DNA of 56,964 nucleotides from the NCBI GenBank assembly GCA_947176335.1, contig CAMWQE010000001.1:1-56964 (forward strand), in the 5' to 3' direction. The notes under the pieces were generated by a model that searched no databases, was not told the DNA's origin, and was given only the letters and a program-made list of their open reading frames with translations. This document shows, one piece after another, positions 51,873 to 56,964 of this stretch. Made by a program: the position numbers and the translations under genes. Origin of the DNA: an uncultured Porphyromonadaceae bacterium (lineage in GTDB: Bacteria; Bacteroidota; Bacteroidia; Bacteroidales; Muribaculaceae). Each line of letters opens with the position of its first letter. Positions within the stretch are counted from its first letter, which is position 1.

Positions 51873-53585
51873 CTATACGAGCAGGGCGATGACTATGCCG
51901 GCAAAAATCAGCACGAAATTGCCCACTGCGTATGTAACGGTATATCCCATTGCAGGCAACGTGCTGTCAAGGTTATCCTGAATCGCTCCAAGTGCCGCTA
52001 CGGCATTTCGCCCTCCGGCAACACAGCCGAGAGTCACCGCGGCAGGGAATTTGAATATCTTCGCCCCGATAAGTATTGCAAGTATGATAGGCAATGAGGT
52101 GCAAACGATTCCGGCAAAGAATAATCCAATGCCGGCTTCCTGCAATCCTGATATAAATGTCGGTCCGGCAGCGATGCCCACGATTGCAATAAATAGGTTA
52201 AGCCCCATATTGTCCATAAGCCATACAACCGAACTCGGAATACGACCGAAAGTAGGACGGCGGTTACGGAGCCAACCGAGGAACAAGCCGGCAAGGAGTG
52301 CCCCGCCACTTGTGCTTAATGACAACGGTATGCCTCCGAGATGAAAGCAGAGGGCACCTATAAAACACCCGATTCCGATGCCAAGACCTACGAAGACTAT
52401 ATCGGTTGTTTCAGTCTTTCGGTCCGGATAGCCTATTTCGCCAACAGCCGCAGCGACATCTTTCTGCAAACCAACGAGGACTACCACATCACCCTGCTGC
52501 AACCTTGTGCTACCACGGAGAGGAAGCACGACATCATTTCTTGTGACGCTCTTTATCATCACACCACTCATATAGTCGGCTTTTCTCAGTTCGCGGAGAG
52601 ACATTCCCGCCGCGCCATTCTTTGACACTGTTACAGGAAGGTTCTCAGCTTCAAAGTTCAGCAGGTCATGGTCAACGACTTCACTGCCGATGATTCCCGC
52701 CTCTTCCACAACTATTTCACGGCGTCCACCAATAACTATAATGTCACCTTTGCGCACTTTAACATCCGGTTCAACATCAACAATTTCTCCTTTTACACGC
52801 AGCCTTTCGATAAACAGCCTGTGACCAAGCTTGCGGAACGCCTCCTCAATCTCAATAACTGTGCGCGGTTTATTGAAATAATCCGTTTCAGCCCTGTAGG
52901 CACGGAAAGAAACAGGACGGTTCGCTACAATCAGGCTTGGCTGAGGGGCAAATTCACCTTCATCCATCTCCGCCTCTATCTCGGCGATTTCCGCTTTCAC
53001 TTTTTTCAGTCCTCCCAACAGTCTCGGTCCGAGGTTAGCAATAACCCATGCCGACCCGATTGTGCCGAAAACATAAGTTACCGCATAGCTTGACGGAATC
53101 ATTCCGATAAGTTTATGTTTAAGTTCAGGAGCAATCGGCAATGAATTGATTGTATCGCCGCCGACACCGATTACTGCCGATACAGTCTGCGATCCGGCAA
53201 ATAAACCGACAGCCGTTCCTGTATTATAACCCATAATTTTTGCTACAATAATACAGATGACAACACAGAGCACTCCTTCTATTAACGCAAAAATTATCTG
53301 CTTGATGCCATCACCTTTAAGGGAACGGAAGAACTGAGGACCGACACTGTAACCGATAGCGAACAGAAACAGCATGAAAGCCACGGTTTTAAGCGGCTCA
53401 CCAATTGGAATGTCAAGTTGACCGATAACTACACCTACCAAAAGGGTCGCAGTAACCGGTCCAAGTGAAAAACTTTTGATTTTAAGGCTGCCGAGCCAAA
53501 AACCGAGTCCAAGGGTTATGAAAATCGGCACTACCGGATTAGAGCGCAGAAGCTCCGCAAAGTATGAAAAAACTGAATCTGCCAT
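51873..53585 (-). CDS. aspT: Aspartate-alanine antiporter (AspT/YidE family)
   Basis: FLFAIGYSVGPQFF, YAVTYVFG, two TrkA-C-like soluble domains, GYTVTYAVGN. Confidence 0.85.
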   Translation of the reverse strand: MADSVFSYFAELLRSNPVVPIFITLGLGFWLGSLKIKSFSLGPVTATLLVGVVIGQLDIPIGEPLKTVAFMLFLFAIGYSVGPQFFRSLKGDGIKQIIFALIEGVLCVVICIIVAKIMGYNTGTAVGLFAGSQTVSAVIGVGGDTINSLPIAPELKHKLIGMIPSSYAVTYVFGTIGSAWVIANLGPRLLGGLKKVKAEIAEIEAEMDEGEFAPQPSLIVANRPVSFRAYRAETDYFNKPRTVIEIEEAFRKLGHRLFIERLRVKGEIVDVEPDVKVRKGDIIVIGGRREIVVEEAGIIGSEVVDHDLLNFEAENLPVTVSKNGAAGMSLRELRKADYMSGVMIKSVTRNDVVLPLRGSTRLQQGDVVVLVGLQKDVAAAVGEIGYPDRKTETTDIVFVGLGIGIGCFIGALCFHLGGIPLSLSTSGGALLAGLFLGWLRNRRPTFGRIPSSVVWLMDNMGLNLFIAIVGIAAGPTFISGLQEAGIGLFFAGIVCTSLPIILAILIGAKIFKFPAAVTLGCVAGGRNAVAALGAIQDNLDSTLPAMGYTVTYAVGNFVLIFAGIVIALLV

Positions 53586-53649
53586 AATGTGTTGAATTGC
53601 TTTTATAACATCCGCGCCACAGCAAATGTTTCAGCCAACACATAACGGT

Positions 53650-54609
53650 TCACTTACAATGCCTTGCATTGCGCTTGAGTCCCTCCAATTTCGCCCTTTT
53701 CATAGCCGACCCCTTGAAAATGCGGCAATACTCCTCGTGAGTCATTTCCAGCATCTTTTCTTTTGTCAATCCGAGCAATTCAGGACGAGGTTCAAACTCG
53801 GGAAGCGGTTCAGGTGACTCTGTGAGACGATTGTGGGGACAAACCGACTGGCATGTGTCACAACCATAGAGCCTGTTACCAAGATTCAAGCCTTCCGGCA
53901 ATTCACCCCTATGCTCTATAGTCAAGCAGGACAGGCATTTGCGTGCATCAACAAAAGTGCGTCCTTTTCCCTCAGGCATCGGAGCATCGACAAGCGCGCC
54001 GGCGGGACAACAGGCAACGCACCTGCGGCAGTTTCCGCAATTTAACTCACTCGGTTTATCAGGAATCGCATCTATGGTGGTGATAATCGAACCAAGGAAA
54101 AAGCAACTTCCCGCTCCCGGCACCATAAGCAGCCCGTTAAGCGCAATATATCCAAGCCCGCTCTTCGCTGCCCAGTAACGCTCACGAAATGGTGCGGTGT
54201 CCACGCAAATCCGGTACTCCCCTCCCCACTTCTCTTTCATCCGCGCGACAGCAATTTCAAGTCGACGCCTCACAACATCATGGTAGTCATCACCCAACGC
54301 ATAGGAGGCGATGCGCAATGCTCCCGGTTGCCACTCCACATCAATAGGACGGGTGTAGGGAAAAGCACATACAATCACACTCTTCGCATTATCCAGAAGC
54401 AGCGAAGGGTCAAGCCGTATGTTGCGGTGGTTTTCCATATATCCCATATTCTCATGGAAACCTTTTTCAAGCCATGCATCATATAACTTATTATCGACGT
54501 CATCCACCGGTGCAGCCTCAGCGATGCCGAAACTGTATGCTCCGACCTCTTTACAACTAAGGATAGTCTGCAGAGATTCGTGGTTACATTGGTAGAGGGA
54601 GGAACTCAT
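53650..54609 (-). CDS. queG: tRNA epoxyqueuosine reductase
   Basis: YALGDDYH, CVDTAPFRER, CGNCRRCVACCP, YGCDTCQSVCP. Confidence 0.93.
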   Translation of the reverse strand: MSSSLYQCNHESLQTILSCKEVGAYSFGIAEAAPVDDVDNKLYDAWLEKGFHENMGYMENHRNIRLDPSLLLDNAKSVIVCAFPYTRPIDVEWQPGALRIASYALGDDYHDVVRRRLEIAVARMKEKWGGEYRICVDTAPFRERYWAAKSGLGYIALNGLLMVPGAGSCFFLGSIITTIDAIPDKPSELNCGNCRRCVACCPAGALVDAPMPEGKGRTFVDARKCLSCLTIEHRGELPEGLNLGNRLYGCDTCQSVCPHNRLTESPEPLPEFEPRPELLGLTKEKMLEMTHEEYCRIFKGSAMKRAKLEGLKRNARHCK

Positions 54610-55207
54610 AACCTTCTGATTTCAACCATTCAATTGCCGCTGGGAGAGCGACTCTCAGATTCTTTTCCGCTTTCAGGGAATCGTGGAACACTATTATAGA
54701 GCCGTTGCGGGTGTACTTTTTTACATTTCCAAGCACATCCTCCGGTGAGAGGCGCTTACTGTAGTCGCGGGTCACAAGGTCATACATCACTATATTGTAA
54801 TGCTTTTTTATCGCCCTAGCCTGAGACCATCTGATAAGACCATGGGGAGGACGGAACAGCGGGCTACGGATGAGTTCATCTGCTTTCGTAAGATCGCGCA
54901 TATATTTAATGGAACGCACTTTGAATCCTTGAAGATGATGCATTGTGTGGTTACCGTAGCTATGACCACGCTTTTTCAGCTCTTCAAACAGATGAGGATG
55001 CTTACGCACATTATCGCCTACAAGAAAGAATGTTGCCTTAATCTCATGCCGGTCAAGCAAATCCAACACCCAAGGGGTAACTTCCGGGATAGGACCGTCA
55101 TCGAAGGTGAGATAAACAACCTTACGCTCCTTGCGGCGCACACGCCATATCGCCTCCGGAAAAAGGAGGCGATACAGCAGAGGCGGTTGCTCAATAAGTT
55201 TAGACAA
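54584..55207 (-). CDS. Polysaccharide deacetylase (CE4/NodB)
   Basis: LTFDDGP, ATFF, GNHTMHH, FRPPHG, IVFHD. Confidence 0.92.
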   Translation of the reverse strand: MSKLIEQPPLLYRLLFPEAIWRVRRKERKVVYLTFDDGPIPEVTPWVLDLLDRHEIKATFFLVGDNVRKHPHLFEELKKRGHSYGNHTMHHLQGFKVRSIKYMRDLTKADELIRSPLFRPPHGLIRWSQARAIKKHYNIVMYDLVTRDYSKRLSPEDVLGNVKKYTRNGSIIVFHDSLKAEKNLRVALPAAIEWLKSEGYEFLPLPM

Positions 55208-55216
55208 TACTATCGT

Positions 55217-56964
55217 TTAGTTAGCCCGAGCCTTCGAGGTCTGGTCGTGAAACCGTGCCTGCCTTTCGATGTCAACACCGAGGTCTTCAATATGCTTCTG
55301 AATCTCAGTGGCATCCCCTCCACCATTCACATATGACTGGAGGAGCTCAAGGAGATAGTACCGGTCGATATACTTGTCCGTATTAGGAAGTGTGGCATAC
55401 TGTGCAGGTGAAAGGCTCTGATAGTAAACCACATTCTTTGCATAGCGGTCAATCTCCTTACGCAGGATATCCAATCCGGTTTCTATCGCTTCATCATCAC
55501 CGGTAGCCTCACCTACACCAAGGTAGATTTCAGCAATCTGCTGCCCAATCTGCACTGAATATGGCTGTGCGGCAACAGGGAGCTTTTCACGCATGAGATC
55601 AAGAATTTCCTTTGCGCGTTCATAGCTTGAGGTACGCACCTTAGGCAGCTCGTTGCGTGAGAAATCTGTAAGGTATGTACCTGCGGAATCTCGTTTTAGC
55701 ATAAGTTCTGATTCCCATGCCTGATACAGATATGCTTCGGCGAGGTCTACCATTGCAGATCGATGGGTTGTAACCATGCGGCGCACAGTCTCATCAAGAT
55801 AAACCTGTGACGGGTCAGTAACTTTATCGAGTCCTCCCCAAGCCCAACGCTCCTTGATGTTGTCATACATCTTGTCAAGGTTCACGCCTGTCTTTTCCGG
55901 GTCGGCATTGCGAATAGGACTTACTTCATAAGCGAGACCGGTGCTACGCAGATAGGGAGTAAGACCAAGGTAATACCTCTGAGGCACTGTCATTGCGAAA
56001 TAAACGGGTCGGTTCCAGCCGTTGGAGGCAGAGGTCGCAAGCATATCGAGCGCCATCACCTGACTTAAGGTAAGACCTGTTGCTCCGCTCATATTCAAAG
56101 GAATAACCGGATCAGCGGCATCAACTTCATCCGCGAATATACGACCTGACTTCACGGCTGCCGCAGTGTCGACAGGGATATACATATTCGGGTATTTGAT
56201 AACCGGCACATCCCAGAAATTATTCCTTGACTCGGGGGCATACAAGCTACGCAGTGATGCGAGAGCGTTCACCGGCATTGTATCGGGTTCAAGCACATAA
56301 CTGTACTGGAGACGGTCATAGGCATAATCTGCCGGAGTTGCCTGCATATCTATGCCGGGAGCTTCGTAGGACGGGCGACGTACCTGATCCACATACCAGT
56401 CAGTGGTAAGATATGAAAGGTTGACCACCTTTACATCAGTGCGGGTGCCTTCCACCTCCTGAGCATACCAGAGAGGGAATGTGTCATTATCACCGTTTGT
56501 GAAGATGATTGCATTCTCATCAAGCGAGTTAAGGTAGTTATTACCGAAATCCCTCGTTGTATAACGGTCGGAGCGGTCATGGTCATCCCATGTCTGAGAA
56601 ACCATCTGCAAAGGCACAGCTATACCTATAATAGTTGCTATCACCGCAGCAAATGTGCTGATTTTATGTGACTCCTTATTATATTTAGCCATCATCGCCT
56701 CTTTCTCTTCGGGCTTCGCATTTTTCTTCGGGGCAGGCTTAAGAACAGCATCAAGAAGCCTCCATATTCCAACCACTCCCATGCCAATCCAAATGGCAAA
56801 AGCATAGAAAGATCCGGCAAACGCATAATCTCGTTCACGGGGTTGCGCCGGAGTCTGGTTCAAATACAGAACAATAGCAATTCCTGTCATAAAGAAGAGG
56901 AAGAACACAACCCAGAACTGCTCGATGCCCCGCTTGCTGTAGAATGCCTGCCACAGCAATCCGA
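55217..56964 (-). CDS. DUF2723 family membrane protein, C-terminal part (5' end outside window)
   Basis: QPRERDYAFAGSF, WDDHDRS, FTNGDNDTFPLWYAQEVEG; frame open to window edge. Confidence 0.88.
   Translation of the reverse strand, partial: GLLWQAFYSKRGIEQFWVVFFLFFMTGIAIVLYLNQTPAQPRERDYAFAGSFYAFAIWIGMGVVGIWRLLDAVLKPAPKKNAKPEEKEAMMAKYNKESHKISTFAAVIATIIGIAVPLQMVSQTWDDHDRSDRYTTRDFGNNYLNSLDENAIIFTNGDNDTFPLWYAQEVEGTRTDVKVVNLSYLTTDWYVDQVRRPSYEAPGIDMQATPADYAYDRLQYSYVLEPDTMPVNALASLRSLYAPESRNNFWDVPVIKYPNMYIPVDTAAAVKSGRIFADEVDAADPVIPLNMSGATGLTLSQVMALDMLATSASNGWNRPVYFAMTVPQRYYLGLTPYLRSTGLAYEVSPIRNADPEKTGVNLDKMYDNIKERWAWGGLDKVTDPSQVYLDETVRRMVTTHRSAMVDLAEAYLYQAWESELMLKRDSAGTYLTDFSRNELPKVRTSSYERAKEILDLMREKLPVAAQPYSVQIGQQIAEIYLGVGEATGDDEAIETGLDILRKEIDRYAKNVVYYQSLSPAQYATLPNTDKYIDRYYLLELLQSYVNGGGDATEIQKHIEDLGVDIERQARFHDQTSKARAN

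Noticed and set aside
51813-52097. 94-aa plus-strand ORF at the island edge
   Set aside because: TTG start, mostly antisense to aspT
1-56964. CRISPR arrays, IS elements, prophage, rRNA, classical riboswitches
   Set aside because: No repeat-spacer array, transposase, phage gene or recognisable TPP/cobalamin/FMN/SAM consensus found by eye

Overview
Chromosomal window from a gut Bacteroidales bacterium (probably Muribaculaceae-like; inferred from gene content and many TAnnTTTG promoter elements). It is mostly housekeeping: nqrC(partial)DEF, tatD, polyprenyl synthase, gpmI, tRNA-Cys, dnaN-exonuclease-coaBC-DUF4835-recN-rlmB, uvrA, ahpC, queG and aspT. It also holds two efflux operons, an ECF sigma operon, four glycoside hydrolases outside any SusCD locus, and an AT-rich accessory island (~47.56-51.87 kb) with hicAB, two lipoproteins and a frameshifted C10 protease. 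The most notable signals are non-coding: (1) a ~245-nt promoter-driven, pseudoknot-capable leader RNA with competing folds heading the island's secreted-protein genes; (2) an identically spaced promoter motif shared by the ECF sigma operon and a MacAB-TolC-like operon 29 kb away, suggesting a regulon; (3) a ~177-nt rod-shaped 6S-like RNA; (4) a T7 tract splitting the protease from its T9SS signal; (5) palindromic operators at hicAB and at an AAA-ATPase gene. All structures were read by eye; no folding or database search was run.
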